Assembly (NCBI GenBank): GCA_964354545.1 | Contig: CAYHAE010000001.1 | Location: 364-64,363, forward strand | Source of the DNA: an uncultured Planctomycetia bacterium | Lineage (GTDB): Bacteria; Omnitrophota; Gorgyraeia; 2-01-FULL-45-10; JAHFGN01 | Direction of reading: 5' to 3' | DNA: 64,000 nt | Part shown: in pieces, positions 39,036-48,854 of the stretch | How positions within the stretch are numbered: position 1 is the stretch's first letter | How the letters are laid out: each line of letters starts with the position of its first letter | Position numbers and translations under genes: made by a program | The notes under the pieces: model-generated | What the model saw: only the letters and a program-made list of their open reading frames with translations | Database searches by the model: none | Told to the model about the DNA's origin: nothing

Positions 39036-40138
39036 GCAAGGCGATAAAAAGGGTTGTGGTAAAGGTCGGGACGAGGACGCTTACGTCCGGCGAGAACGCG
39101 CTCGACAAGCGCGCCATGGAAGAGATCGTCCGCCAGCTCTGCGAGCTTTTCGCAAGAGATATCGAGGCGATCCTTGTCACCTCAGCTGCGATCGCGAGCG
39201 GCATGGGCCTCCTCGGAATAAAGAAAAGGCCCCTCAAGCTCGCGACGCTCCAGGCGATGGCCGCTATAGGCCAAAGCCACCTCATGGATATCTACAGCGA
39301 ACTCTTCAATGCGCGGGGCCGCATCACCGCCCAGATGCTCCTCACCCAGGAGGATTTTAACGACCGCGCGAGGTACTTGAATATCAAGTATACCCTGAAC
39401 GAGCTCCTTGGCCACCGCACGGTCCCCATCATCAACGAAAATGATACGGTGTCGACGGAAGAGATCCGGTGCGGCGACAACGACCGCCTCTCCAGCCTCG
39501 TCGCGGATCTCGCGGACGCCGATATGCTCATCATCGTGACGGACGTCGACGGCCTCTACGGCGAAGACGGGAAGGTCGTGAGCGTGGTCGAGGAGGTCGA
39601 TGAGGCGGTGCTCAAGCTCGTGAAGGCATCCCGCTGCGACGTCTCGCGGGGAGGCATGGCTACGAAGCTCGAGGCGGCGAGGCGCGTCACGCAGGCGGGG
39701 ATAGACTGCGTCGTGGTAAATGGGCGGACGAAGGACGCGATCGTGAAGGCAGCGACCGCTGCGAGCGGAGCGAGCGGGAGCGCGGGCACTTTTTTTAAGG
39801 CACGGAAGTCCCGGCACCTTGCGCGGGAGAGGTGGATCGCCTTCTCTTCAAGGCCGAAAGGCGCACTCGTCGTAGACGCGGGAGCGAAGGACGTGCTCAT
39901 GAAGATGAACAAGAGCCTTCTGCCGTCGGGCATCATCGGCGTCGAGGGAAAGTTTGATTCGAAAGATACGGTGAGCATCGTCGATAGGTCGCTCAAGGAA
40001 TTCGCGCGGGGCATTGTGAATTATTCATCTGAGGAAGTGGAGAGGATCAGGGGAAAGAAGTCGCAGGAGATCTCCAGGACACTGGGCTATAAGGCCCGGG
40101 ACGAGGTCGTCCATAAGGATAACCTTGTCATATTATAG
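39032..40138 (+). CDS. proB: Glutamate 5-kinase with a C-terminal PUA domain.
   Basis: Amino-acid-kinase fold (VVKVGTRTLT) plus a PUA domain. It is adjacent to proA. Confidence 0.9.
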   Translation: MSKAIKRVVVKVGTRTLTSGENALDKRAMEEIVRQLCELFARDIEAILVTSAAIASGMGLLGIKKRPLKLATLQAMAAIGQSHLMDIYSELFNARGRITAQMLLTQEDFNDRARYLNIKYTLNELLGHRTVPIINENDTVSTEEIRCGDNDRLSSLVADLADADMLIIVTDVDGLYGEDGKVVSVVEEVDEAVLKLVKASRCDVSRGGMATKLEAARRVTQAGIDCVVVNGRTKDAIVKAATAASGASGSAGTFFKARKSRHLARERWIAFSSRPKGALVVDAGAKDVLMKMNKSLLPSGIIGVEGKFDSKDTVSIVDRSLKEFARGIVNYSSEEVERIRGKKSQEISRTLGYKARDEVVHKDNLVIL

Positions 40139-41408
40139 AGGAGAGCGATCCGTGAAAGGACAGGGAGAGATCGTCGCGATGTGTCGAAAGGCCAAGGCTG
40201 CCTCGGGCCTGCTCGCGCGTGCGGATACGAAGACAAAGAACGCCGTGCTTGAAGAGATGTCCCGCGCCCTCATCGACGAGAAGGGGTACATACTGCGGGA
40301 AAATGCGAAGGACCTCGCACGCGCAAAGGCGCTCTCGCTTTCGCGCGCGATGATCGATCGACTCCGTCTCGACGACGCGAGGATTGCATCGATGGCAGAA
40401 TCCGCGGCCCAGATCGCCCTGCGGGAGGACCCTGTGGGCGAGATCACGGAACTTCGGAAGAGGCCCAACGGGTTGCTCATAGGCAAGATGCGCGTGCCCA
40501 TCGGTGTTATTTTGATCATCTACGAGTCGAGGCCGAATGTAACGAGCGACTGCGTTGCCCTGTGTCTGAAGTCGGGCAACAGCGTCATACTGCGGGGCGG
40601 GAGCGAGGCGATCAATTCGAATAGAGCGATCTACCGCGTGCTCTACAAAGCGGCCCGCAGGCTCGGCGAAGGAGCGGTCTCCCTGGTCACCGATCCTGAT
40701 AAGAGAATTGTGAAGACCCTCCTCCACCAGTCCGCATCTATAGACCTCGTGATACCGCGCGGAGGTGAGTCGCTCATCGAGGAGGTCGCCCGCGAGTCCC
40801 GGATACCCGTCATCAAGCACTATAAAGGGGTGTGCCATACGTATGTCGATGAGCGGTGCGGCTTAGATATGGCCGAGAAGATCTGCATGAACGCCAAGGT
40901 CCAGAGGCCCGGGGTGTGCAACGCAATGGAGACCATGCTTGTCCACCGCGCGATCGCGAAGAAATTCTTGCCGAAGATCGCGAAACGGCTCAAGGGTGCC
41001 GGCGTCCAGATACGCGGATGTGCGGCGACGAGGGGCATACTTAAAGGCAGGGGTATCAGGGCCGCCACCGAAGACGATTGGTATGCGGAGTATCTGGACC
41101 TCATCCTCGCGGTGCGGGTGGTCGACAGCCTCGATGAGGCCATTTCCCACATCGCCCGTTATGGCTCTCAGCACTCCGACGCGATCGTGACGGAAGACTA
41201 TGGGAATGCGTTGAGATTTCTGAAAGAGGTCGATTCCGCGTGCGTGTACGTCAATGCCTCCACGCGGTTCACGGACGGCAATCAGTTCGGAAAAGGAGCG
41301 GAGATAGGCATTTCCACCGACAAGCTCCATGCGCGCGGCCCGATGGGCCTCGAGGAGCTCACGAGCTACAAGTACGTCGTATTCGGGAACGGACAGATCA
41401 GGGAGTAA
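40125..41408 (+). CDS. proA: Gamma-glutamyl phosphate reductase.
   Basis: ALDH-family member with the catalytic Cys region (NASTRFTDG). The obg-proB-proA-nadD-rsfS order supports the call. Confidence 0.9.
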   Translation: MSYYRGERSVKGQGEIVAMCRKAKAASGLLARADTKTKNAVLEEMSRALIDEKGYILRENAKDLARAKALSLSRAMIDRLRLDDARIASMAESAAQIALREDPVGEITELRKRPNGLLIGKMRVPIGVILIIYESRPNVTSDCVALCLKSGNSVILRGGSEAINSNRAIYRVLYKAARRLGEGAVSLVTDPDKRIVKTLLHQSASIDLVIPRGGESLIEEVARESRIPVIKHYKGVCHTYVDERCGLDMAEKICMNAKVQRPGVCNAMETMLVHRAIAKKFLPKIAKRLKGAGVQIRGCAATRGILKGRGIRAATEDDWYAEYLDLILAVRVVDSLDEAISHIARYGSQHSDAIVTEDYGNALRFLKEVDSACVYVNASTRFTDGNQFGKGAEIGISTDKLHARGPMGLEELTSYKYVVFGNGQIRE

Positions 41409-41420
41409 CGGCAAATAACG

Positions 41421-41452
41421 TTCCGCCGGAGGCGGATCCGCCTTCGGCGGAA
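41421..41452. repeat. Perfect 32-bp palindrome TTCCGCCGGAGGCGGATCCGCCTTCGGCGGAA (REP-like). Copy 1 of 2.
   Basis: Self-complementary. A second copy is at 53810-53841. Both are followed by AAAGTGCAA. Confidence 0.7.
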
Positions 41453-41668
41453 AAGTGCAAAGCGTCCGCTACTAAATCATCAGCGGACGCCCGCCAAAGT
41501 TCGCTACTAATGCTTCAGCGAACCCGCTGATGCATTAATGGCGGGCTTTGTGGCGGGCGAAAAACGAAAAACTGTGGTGTCCCTCCGGGACCTAAATGTA
41601 AAGGTCGCGGGAGCGACTCCACCGTTTTGCGTTTTGCGCTTTTAGTTTTTCGCTGGTATGCGCATATC

Positions 41669-42238
41669 ATGAGAATAGGTATACTCGGAGGAACATTCAA
41701 TCCGATTCACATAGGCCATCTTATCCTGGCAGAGGATGCGATCGGAAAGCTCATGCTTGACAGGGTGATCTTCGTGCCCGCCTATCTGCCGCCCCACAAA
41801 GAGATCGAGGACGGGCCCCGTGCGGCGGACAGGCTCGCGATGGTGAGGCTTGCGATCGAAGGCAATCCCCGTTTTGAGGTCTCCTCCATTGAGATCGACG
41901 CGCGGAAGAAGTCCTACTCGATAGACACGCTCAAGATCTTCAAGGGCATGTACGGCGACGGGGCGAAGCTCTTCTTCCTCACCGGCTCCGACTCCCTGAA
42001 GGACCTCTTCTCGTGGAAGGACGTGGAAGAGATCTTTAAGATATCGAAATTCGTGGTCGCACACAGGCCCGGCTATCCGGTCGAGAACGTTCCGAAGGAG
42101 GTCGAGACCGTTGTGATCACGCCCATCGAGGTCTCGTCGATGGACATCAGGCGGCGCCTCAATGAAAAGAGGTCCATCCGGTACCTGGTCCCCGAACCAG
42201 TGAGGCAGTATATCATCGAGAAGCGGTTGTACAGTTGA
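41669..42238 (+). CDS. nadD: Nicotinate-nucleotide adenylyltransferase.
   Basis: The sequence MRIGILGGTFNPIHIGHL has the (H/T)xGH nucleotidyltransferase motif. The track ORF starts 14 codons upstream. Confidence 0.85.
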   Translation: MRIGILGGTFNPIHIGHLILAEDAIGKLMLDRVIFVPAYLPPHKEIEDGPRAADRLAMVRLAIEGNPRFEVSSIEIDARKKSYSIDTLKIFKGMYGDGAKLFFLTGSDSLKDLFSWKDVEEIFKISKFVVAHRPGYPVENVPKEVETVVITPIEVSSMDIRRRLNEKRSIRYLVPEPVRQYIIEKRLYS

Positions 42239-42359
42239 CTACGTCTTTCGGATATGCTATAATTACGTCACTACATCAGAATACAAACGGAGCGAAGGAG
42301 CGAAAGGCTATCGATGGCCATATGCCCGCATTAACAAAATACGCAAGGAGGTGAGTTGA

Positions 42360-42503
42360 ATGGCAGAGACAGGGTATTGTGTGAAGTGTAAGTCGAAGAA
42401 AGAGATGAAAGACACATCAAAGGTTACGATGAAGAATAAGCGAGAGGCGATGAAAGGCAAGTGCGTAACGTGCGGCACCGGAATGTTCAGGATAATGAAG
42501 TAA
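42360..42503 (+). CDS. DUF5679-type 47-aa zinc-ribbon mini-protein. It is absent from the ORF track because it is shorter than 60 aa.
   Basis: MAETGYCVKCKSKKEMKDTSKVTMKNKREAMKGKCVTCGTGMFRIMK. Two CxxC pairs. RBS AGGAGGTGAG, 8 nt upstream of the ATG. Confidence 0.6.
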   Translation: MAETGYCVKCKSKKEMKDTSKVTMKNKREAMKGKCVTCGTGMFRIMK

Positions 42504-42578
42504 AGGTAGTGCGCATTCTTTGGACGAAGGCGCACCGCCGATAAGAGGTGAGAGCCTATAGAAACCAGCGAAAAACTT

Positions 42579-42965
42579 TTGGCAATAGCCAAAGCCGCCT
42601 CGGAGAAGAAGGCCGTCGATATTGCCATCATAGATATGAGAAAGATGTCCTCGCTCGGAGATTATTTTCTCATCGCGAGCGGGGCATCTGCACCTCAGGT
42701 CAGGGCGATATGCGAAAATATCATTGAGAAGCTGAAGGGTCTCGGCATCAGGCCGTGGCATGTTGAGGGAGATCTAAGAAAACCAACATGGATAGTGCTC
42801 GATTATGGTGATGCGGTAGTCCATATATTTCACGAGGAGACTCGTACGTTTTATAACTTAGAACGCCTTTGGGGAGATGCGCCTCAAAGGCGTTTTAAGC
42901 CTCGGGCGAAGAAGAAGGGCTCGGATGCGAGAAAAAAAGGTTCCGCGCGAAAGGCACGCGCGTAG
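42579..42965 (+). CDS. rsfS: Ribosome silencing factor RsfS (Iojap family).
   Basis: AVDIAIIDMRKMSSLGDYFLIASGASAPQVRAI...DYGDAVVHIF. TTG start in the track. The start is uncertain. The basic C-terminal tail overlaps the next gene. Confidence 0.8.
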   Translation: MAIAKAASEKKAVDIAIIDMRKMSSLGDYFLIASGASAPQVRAICENIIEKLKGLGIRPWHVEGDLRKPTWIVLDYGDAVVHIFHEETRTFYNLERLWGDAPQRRFKPRAKKKGSDARKKGSARKARA

Positions 42966-44058
42966 GTTCAGCCTGGAGAAGTCCCTCAAGACGAAGATCG
43001 AAGAGATCACCGCGCTCTACGAGGTATCCAAGACCATTACCTCTTCGATGAACCTGCGGAAGATGCTCAACCTCATCGTTCGGCAGGTATCGCGCATCAT
43101 GCACTGCACGATATGTATGATACATCTTGCGAAGGGCGGGCGGCTCACCGTGAAGGCCTCGCATGGGCTCACGAAGGGGTATTCGGAGTTGCGGAAAGAC
43201 CTCACGATAAGAAGATCTTTCCTGGGCCTCGCGGTCTCCGAAAAGAGGTCCTACATTGTCAAAGACCTGAGGCCGTATCCCGATGAGGCGTTTTCGCGTA
43301 CCGCGAAGGCGGGGCTGGTCCGGTCGCTCCTCGTCGTTCCGCTCATCGAAAAGGGCATCGTCCTGGGAACCCTGAGCGTATTCGACCACAGCGTCAACGC
43401 ATTCTCTAAGGATGACGAGGAAGAGCTCCAGCTCTTCGCGAGCCAGGTGGCTGTTGCGATAGAGAACGCGAAGCTCCTCGAAGACATGAAGCAGAATTAC
43501 CTTAACGTCATGAACCTGCTCGCGAGCGTGATAGATGCCAAGGACAGCTATACGGAGGACCACTCGGAGAGGGTCATGCGGTTCTCATTGGGTATCGCGG
43601 GTGAACTGGGCATCAACGGCCAGCTCAAGGATAACATAAAGTATGCGAGTTTCCTTCACGACATAGGGAAGATCAACATCGACGCGAGCATCCTGCAAAA
43701 ACCGGGGCCGCTCACAAAAGAAGAGTGGACGAAGATGAGGGAGCATCCGAAGACGGCATCAAAGATAATATCAAAAGCCGGATTCCTCAACGAACTCATC
43801 CCTATCATACTCTACCACCACGTCCGGTATGGGGGAGGGGGATACCCCTCCTGCGCGAAGAGCGGAGATGAGATACCGATCGGATCGAGGATCCTTGCGG
43901 TCGCCGACGCATATGAGGCCATGACGAGCGATCGACCGTACAGGCGCGGCCTCTCAAGGCGAGAGGCGATACAAGAGCTGAGGCGGTGCGCGGGCACACA
44001 GTTCGATCCGAAGGTGGTACATGCATTTACAAGATTCCTCATCCACAAGAAGAAGTAA
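42925..44058 (+). CDS. GAF-domain HD-GYP phosphodiesterase (c-di-GMP hydrolysis family).
   Basis: GAF domain followed by an HD domain with HDIGK and the HHVRYGGGGYP (HD-GYP) signature. The start is placed at MREKK and is uncertain. Confidence 0.8.
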   Translation: MREKKVPRERHARRFSLEKSLKTKIEEITALYEVSKTITSSMNLRKMLNLIVRQVSRIMHCTICMIHLAKGGRLTVKASHGLTKGYSELRKDLTIRRSFLGLAVSEKRSYIVKDLRPYPDEAFSRTAKAGLVRSLLVVPLIEKGIVLGTLSVFDHSVNAFSKDDEEELQLFASQVAVAIENAKLLEDMKQNYLNVMNLLASVIDAKDSYTEDHSERVMRFSLGIAGELGINGQLKDNIKYASFLHDIGKINIDASILQKPGPLTKEEWTKMREHPKTASKIISKAGFLNELIPIILYHHVRYGGGGYPSCAKSGDEIPIGSRILAVADAYEAMTSDRPYRRGLSRREAIQELRRCAGTQFDPKVVHAFTRFLIHKKK

Positions 44059-44059
44059 C

Positions 44060-45733
44060 ATGTTCTCTGGACGGATAGAAAATTCACTCACTGCGCTCAT
44101 TGGCGCGGCCGTTGCGAGCCTCGCGAAAACTTCAGGGCTCGCAGGGTTGTCGCACCTCGATATAGTGCTTGAGATCCCCAAAGACCGCTCCCACGGCGAC
44201 CTCGCGACCAACGTCGCCTTCAGGCTCGCGCCGCACCTCCGTACGAACCCTCTCGAGTGCGCCCGACTTATCGCCGATTCCATCGCGGTGAGCCTTAAAT
44301 CGTCCGAGCTTACAGGAGCCATAGACAGGGTCGAGGTCAAGGAGCCCGGTTTCATAAATTATTTCCTGAGCAGGGAGTATCTCTACAGGGTCATCCTTGA
44401 CATCAAGAGGGAAAAGGCCGGATACGGCAGTTCCGGCATAGGCAGGAAAGAGAAGGTGCAACTTGAATTTGTGAGTGCGAATCCGACGGGGCCGCTCACC
44501 ATCGCACACGCGCGCCAGGCGGCGGTCGGCAACGCCCTCGCGACCATACTGGAGTTCTCCGGCCATAAGGTCACGCGGGAGTACTACATCAACGATGAGG
44601 GGACGCAGATGGACATCCTCGGGAAGTCTATCAGGGCGCGATACCGCACCTTGTGCGGCGTCCAAGAGGAGTTCCCGGAGGACGGGTATAAGGGGACGTA
44701 CATCATGGACATCGCGAAAGACCTGAAAAGACAGTATGGCACCAGGCACTCGACAACGGAAGACCTGCGGCCTTTCGTCCGGTTCGGCTACCGATGGATC
44801 ATGAAGGACATCAGGAAAGACCTGAGAGATTTCGGGGTGAAGTTCAACGTGTGGTACAGTCAGGCGGAACTGAGAAGCGGCGGAAAGGTGAATAGGGCGC
44901 TCGGGCTGCTCAAGGAGAAAGGGTACATAGTCGAGCAGGACGGGGCGACGTGGTTCACGTCAACTCGCTTCGGGGACGACAAGGACAGGGTTGTGATAAA
45001 GTCTGACGGGAGCCTCACGTATCTGGCGACGGACATCGCGTACCACCTCGATAAATATAAGCGGCGGTTCAGGAGGGTGATAGACATCTGGGGGCCGGAT
45101 CACCACGGCTACATCCCGCGGATGAAGGCTGCGGTGAGGGCGCTCGGGTATGACTCTGCCGCGCTCGATGTCTTGATCGTGCAGCTCGCGACGCTCATAC
45201 GGGAAGGTAAGCAGGTATCCATGTCGACGAGGGCAGGGGAGTTTGTGACGCAAAGAGAGGTCATCGACGAGATAGGAGGGGATGTCGCAAAATTCATTTT
45301 CCTGTCGCGAAAGCTCGACAGCCACCTCGACTTCGATCTGGATTGCGCGAAGAAAGAGTCATTAGAAAATCCCGTCTACTATATTCAGTACGCCCACGCG
45401 CGGATCTGCAGCATACAGCGATACGCAAAGTCCATAAAACGGGAGACCTTTAATTCGAAGCTCCTCGTGGAGCCTGATGAGCTTGAGCTCGTGAGGCTCC
45501 TGAGACAGTTTCCCATGGTGGTGCACCAGAGCGCCAAGAATCTGGAGCCGAACGGCATCACCGTGTATCTTCAGAACCTCGCCGCATGTTTTCACAATTT
45601 CTATAACAAGGTGAGGGTGGTGAGCGACGACAAAACGCTCACGATGGCGAGGCTCGTGTTAGTGGATTGCGTGAGGATAGTCCTTGCCAACGGTCTCAGG
45701 TTGTTGGGGGTATCGCTGCCGAAGAAGATGTAG
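44060..45733 (+). CDS. argS: Arginine--tRNA ligase.
   Basis: SANPTGPLTIAHAR (HIGH-type) motif and the DALR anticodon-binding domain. I chose the MFSGRIE start. Confidence 0.95.
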   Translation: MFSGRIENSLTALIGAAVASLAKTSGLAGLSHLDIVLEIPKDRSHGDLATNVAFRLAPHLRTNPLECARLIADSIAVSLKSSELTGAIDRVEVKEPGFINYFLSREYLYRVILDIKREKAGYGSSGIGRKEKVQLEFVSANPTGPLTIAHARQAAVGNALATILEFSGHKVTREYYINDEGTQMDILGKSIRARYRTLCGVQEEFPEDGYKGTYIMDIAKDLKRQYGTRHSTTEDLRPFVRFGYRWIMKDIRKDLRDFGVKFNVWYSQAELRSGGKVNRALGLLKEKGYIVEQDGATWFTSTRFGDDKDRVVIKSDGSLTYLATDIAYHLDKYKRRFRRVIDIWGPDHHGYIPRMKAAVRALGYDSAALDVLIVQLATLIREGKQVSMSTRAGEFVTQREVIDEIGGDVAKFIFLSRKLDSHLDFDLDCAKKESLENPVYYIQYAHARICSIQRYAKSIKRETFNSKLLVEPDELELVRLLRQFPMVVHQSAKNLEPNGITVYLQNLAACFHNFYNKVRVVSDDKTLTMARLVLVDCVRIVLANGLRLLGVSLPKKM

Positions 45734-45825
45734 CGTTCGCCCTCGAAAGACAGCGAATCCTTCGCATCACACCAGTGTCCATCCGTCTCACGCCATAGGT
45801 CTCGCTGCCGCGCCTGGGGCCGCGC

Positions 45826-47859
45826 GTGCCCAAAGGTCAGTGTGGCCTCCCCCGCGCATTCTGTCCCAGCTCCTGTCCGTATAACGGCGGAAGGAACGTC
45901 ACGGCCTCCGGCGCATGCAGTATCGGTTCGGTCGGACATCCTCATGGGGTTCATATGTTTGAGGCGATAAAGATCTACATAAACGTTGAGATCGACCTTG
46001 AGAAGCTCTCTCGGCAGCTCGTCGAGTATGGATACAGGGCATGTAAACGCGTGACCGAGGAGGGTGATTTCTCGCGGCTCGGCGATACGATCACCGTCTA
46101 TCCCGTCACGTTCCAATATCCCGTGAGGATCGGCCTCTCTGTGAACCGGGTCGAGTCCGTTTGCTCTTTGGACCCGGCCACCAATGACATACTCGATTCA
46201 CACAATGTCGCTATCATCCTTCCCCTCAAGGGGATGGCAGGTCATCTGCCCCCGAAAAAAGCCTACCCTTTCGAGTCGGGGGAGTCCCCCATCGATAATT
46301 TCGTCGATATAGACCCCGGCGACTACGTAGTGCACGTAGACCACGGGATCGCTGTCTACAAAGGGATGAAGCCGCTCAGGGCGGGTGCCCGATATGTCGA
46401 CCATCTCGTCCTCGAATACGCCGACGGCGACACCCTCTATGTCCCTTATGCCGAGATCAATAAGATCCAGAAGTACATAGGTCTCGACAGGCGCCGGCCG
46501 AAGATCTACCGGCTCGGGTCAAAGCTCTGGAAGAGGGCAAAGGAGCGCGCGTCGAGGGGCGTCGCGCGTGTTGCCCTGGAACTCCTGGAGCTCCAGGCGA
46601 AACGCTCGAGCGAGTCGGGATTCGCATTCTCAGCCGATACGGAGTGGCAGGCGGAACTTGAGCGCTCATTCCCTTATCAGGAGACGAGGGACCAGGCGAA
46701 CGCGACGCTCGAGGCGAAGAAGGATATGGAGTCCCCGAGGCCGATGGACCGTTTGCTCTGCGGGGATGTGGGCTATGGCAAGACGGAAGTCGCGCTGAGG
46801 GCAGCGTTTAAGGCAGTGATGGACAATAAGCAGGTCGCCATCCTCGTCCCTACGACGATACTCGCGGAACAGCATCTCACGACGTTCAGGGCACGGATGA
46901 AGAAGTACCCCGTTACCATAGAGATGCTCTCCAGGTTTCGCACGGAACATGAGCAGAAGGCCATCCTCGAGGGCATCACGATCGGCGCAGTCGATATCGT
47001 GATAGGGACGCACAGGCTCCTCTCTCCGGACGTGCGCTTCAAGGAGCTCGGGCTCGTCGTGATAGATGAGGAGCAGCGGTTCGGCGTGCGGCACAAGGAG
47101 AAGCTGAAGCGTTTGAGGCTCATCGTCGACGTGCTCACGCTCACCGCAACCCCCATACCGCGGACCCTGTATCTCGCGCTCATGGGCGGCAGGGACATCT
47201 CCACCATCAACACGCCTCCCTTGAACAGGCTGCCGGTAGAGACCCGCGTCGGCGAGTATGACGAGACCGTCATACGGGACGCGATCGTGCGCGAACTAAA
47301 GCGCGAAGGCCAGGCCTATTTCGTCAATCACCGGATCGCCGGCATAGAGAAGATCCGTGACCGCCTTGCAAAGATGGTTCCCGATGCGAGGATCGACGTT
47401 GCGCACGGCCGGATGCCGGAGAAGCTCCTCGAAAGGACGATGCTGAGATTCATTAAGGGCGAGATCGACGTGCTCGTATCGACGACCATCATAGAATCCG
47501 GCATCGACATACCGAATGCGAATACCCTGATCGTGAACAGGGCAGACATGTTCGGCCTCGCAGACCTCTATCAGCTCAGGGGCCGTGTAGGACGATTCGA
47601 CAGAAACGCCTTCGCGTACTTTTTGGTGCCAAAATCCTTTGTGCTCCCGGGCGATGCCCAGCGCAGGCTCGGGGCGATCAAGAAACACCAGGACCTTGGA
47701 TCCGGTTTCAAGATAGCGATGGAGGACCTCCAGATAAGGGGTGCGGGTAATTTGCTCGGGGTCGAACAGCATGGTTTCGTACAATCCGTAGGGTTTGACC
47801 TCTATTGCAGGCTCCTGAAAGAAGCCGTCGCCGCGTGTAGAGGAGCCGCGTCTCGCTAA
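45826..47859 (+). CDS. mfd: Transcription-repair coupling factor Mfd. It is truncated at both ends: no D1a/D2 UvrA-binding module and no C-terminal D7.
   Basis: RNAP-interacting domain (GDYVVHVDHGIAVYKGM...LEYADGDTLYVPYAEI) and SF2 translocase motifs (GDVGYGKTEVA, DEEQRFG, QLRGRVGR). It is only 677 aa. The start may be MFEAIK at about 45955. Confidence 0.8.
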   Translation: MPKGQCGLPRAFCPSSCPYNGGRNVTASGACSIGSVGHPHGVHMFEAIKIYINVEIDLEKLSRQLVEYGYRACKRVTEEGDFSRLGDTITVYPVTFQYPVRIGLSVNRVESVCSLDPATNDILDSHNVAIILPLKGMAGHLPPKKAYPFESGESPIDNFVDIDPGDYVVHVDHGIAVYKGMKPLRAGARYVDHLVLEYADGDTLYVPYAEINKIQKYIGLDRRRPKIYRLGSKLWKRAKERASRGVARVALELLELQAKRSSESGFAFSADTEWQAELERSFPYQETRDQANATLEAKKDMESPRPMDRLLCGDVGYGKTEVALRAAFKAVMDNKQVAILVPTTILAEQHLTTFRARMKKYPVTIEMLSRFRTEHEQKAILEGITIGAVDIVIGTHRLLSPDVRFKELGLVVIDEEQRFGVRHKEKLKRLRLIVDVLTLTATPIPRTLYLALMGGRDISTINTPPLNRLPVETRVGEYDETVIRDAIVRELKREGQAYFVNHRIAGIEKIRDRLAKMVPDARIDVAHGRMPEKLLERTMLRFIKGEIDVLVSTTIIESGIDIPNANTLIVNRADMFGLADLYQLRGRVGRFDRNAFAYFLVPKSFVLPGDAQRRLGAIKKHQDLGSGFKIAMEDLQIRGAGNLLGVEQHGFVQSVGFDLYCRLLKEAVAACRGAASR

Positions 47860-47947
47860 CGCCCCGCATTTTGCCTAAGGGCAAAAAATGCCGGGCTTGC
47901 AATTATATACTTAAAATGCTATAATGCCAAGGAAATATGGAGAAAAT

Positions 47948-48847
47948 ATGAGGAAAATCAGACCGTATATAATGCTCTACGGCGCGGTTGCTCTCATCAC
48001 ATCGGTCTCAGGGTGCGCAAAGAAAGATGATACAGCCGTCCTCGCCATGGTAGGGGACAGGGTCATATCGTCGAGGGAATTCACGAGCAGGATCGCGAAA
48101 CTGCCTTCCTACTATCAGACGGTAGTAGCGAGGAACAGGGAGAAGTTCCTGGATGACCTCATCGTCGAGGAGATATTCTATGAAGAGGCGGTTCGGACGG
48201 GCCTCACGAGGGATAGAGAGACCCAGGATGTGATAAAAGAGGCAAAGAAGAAGATACTCATCGCGCGGTTGTTAAAGAAAGAGGTCGAGGATAAGATACG
48301 GATCGACGAGAGCGAAGCGAGGAAATATTACGAGGAGCACAAGGATGAGTTCAAGTCTCCCGAGATGTGGCGCGCATCGCACATCCTTGTAGCGACGGAG
48401 GCCGAGGCGCAGGAGATACAGAACGGCATCGCTGCCCTGGGGTGGGATTTTGAGGAGATGGCGAAGGCCCGCTCGAGGGATGCGACGGCGAAGAGGGGCG
48501 GGGATATAGGCATGTTCACGAAGGGGCAGCTCGTCCCCGAGTTTGAGGAGGCGTGCATGAAACTCGAGGTCGGAAGCCCCTGCGAGATCGTGAAGACGCA
48601 ATTCGGATACCATGTCATCAAAGTGACCGAGAAGGTTCCCACAATGGCGGAAGAGTTCGGAAAGGTGAGGAGTTCCATCGAAGATCAGCTCAGGCGCGCG
48701 AGGAGAAAGATCCTCTTCAATGAGCTCATCGCGAACCTGAAGAAGAAATATAACGTAAAGGTTGAGACGGACGCGCTGAAGGAGATGGCAGAAAAGTCAA
48801 AGCCGGCAAAGGAAAAGGCGCCTCCCGGGAACACGACGGCGCCTTGA
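47948..48847 (+). CDS. Parvulin-type peptidyl-prolyl isomerase (PrsA/SurA-like), probably a lipoprotein.
   Basis: Lipobox-like LITSVSGC, a SurA-N-like chaperone region and a PpiC domain (ASHILV...GGDIGMFTKGQLVPEFE). Confidence 0.75.
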   Translation: MRKIRPYIMLYGAVALITSVSGCAKKDDTAVLAMVGDRVISSREFTSRIAKLPSYYQTVVARNREKFLDDLIVEEIFYEEAVRTGLTRDRETQDVIKEAKKKILIARLLKKEVEDKIRIDESEARKYYEEHKDEFKSPEMWRASHILVATEAEAQEIQNGIAALGWDFEEMAKARSRDATAKRGGDIGMFTKGQLVPEFEEACMKLEVGSPCEIVKTQFGYHVIKVTEKVPTMAEEFGKVRSSIEDQLRRARRKILFNELIANLKKKYNVKVETDALKEMAEKSKPAKEKAPPGNTTAP

Positions 48848-48854
48848 GTGACTG

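Noticed and set aside
41240-41530. Small + strand ORFs across the REP palindromes, which encode the peptide PPEADPPSAEKC at two loci.
   Set aside because: The shared peptide is just the translation of the 32-bp palindrome. The ORFs overlap proA and gatA in other frames.
42877-42924. HD-GYP start at 42877 as in the track.
   Set aside because: It would overlap rsfS by about 90 nt with an Arg-rich leader. An internal ATG (MREKK) gives a more typical GAF N-terminus. The start is still uncertain.
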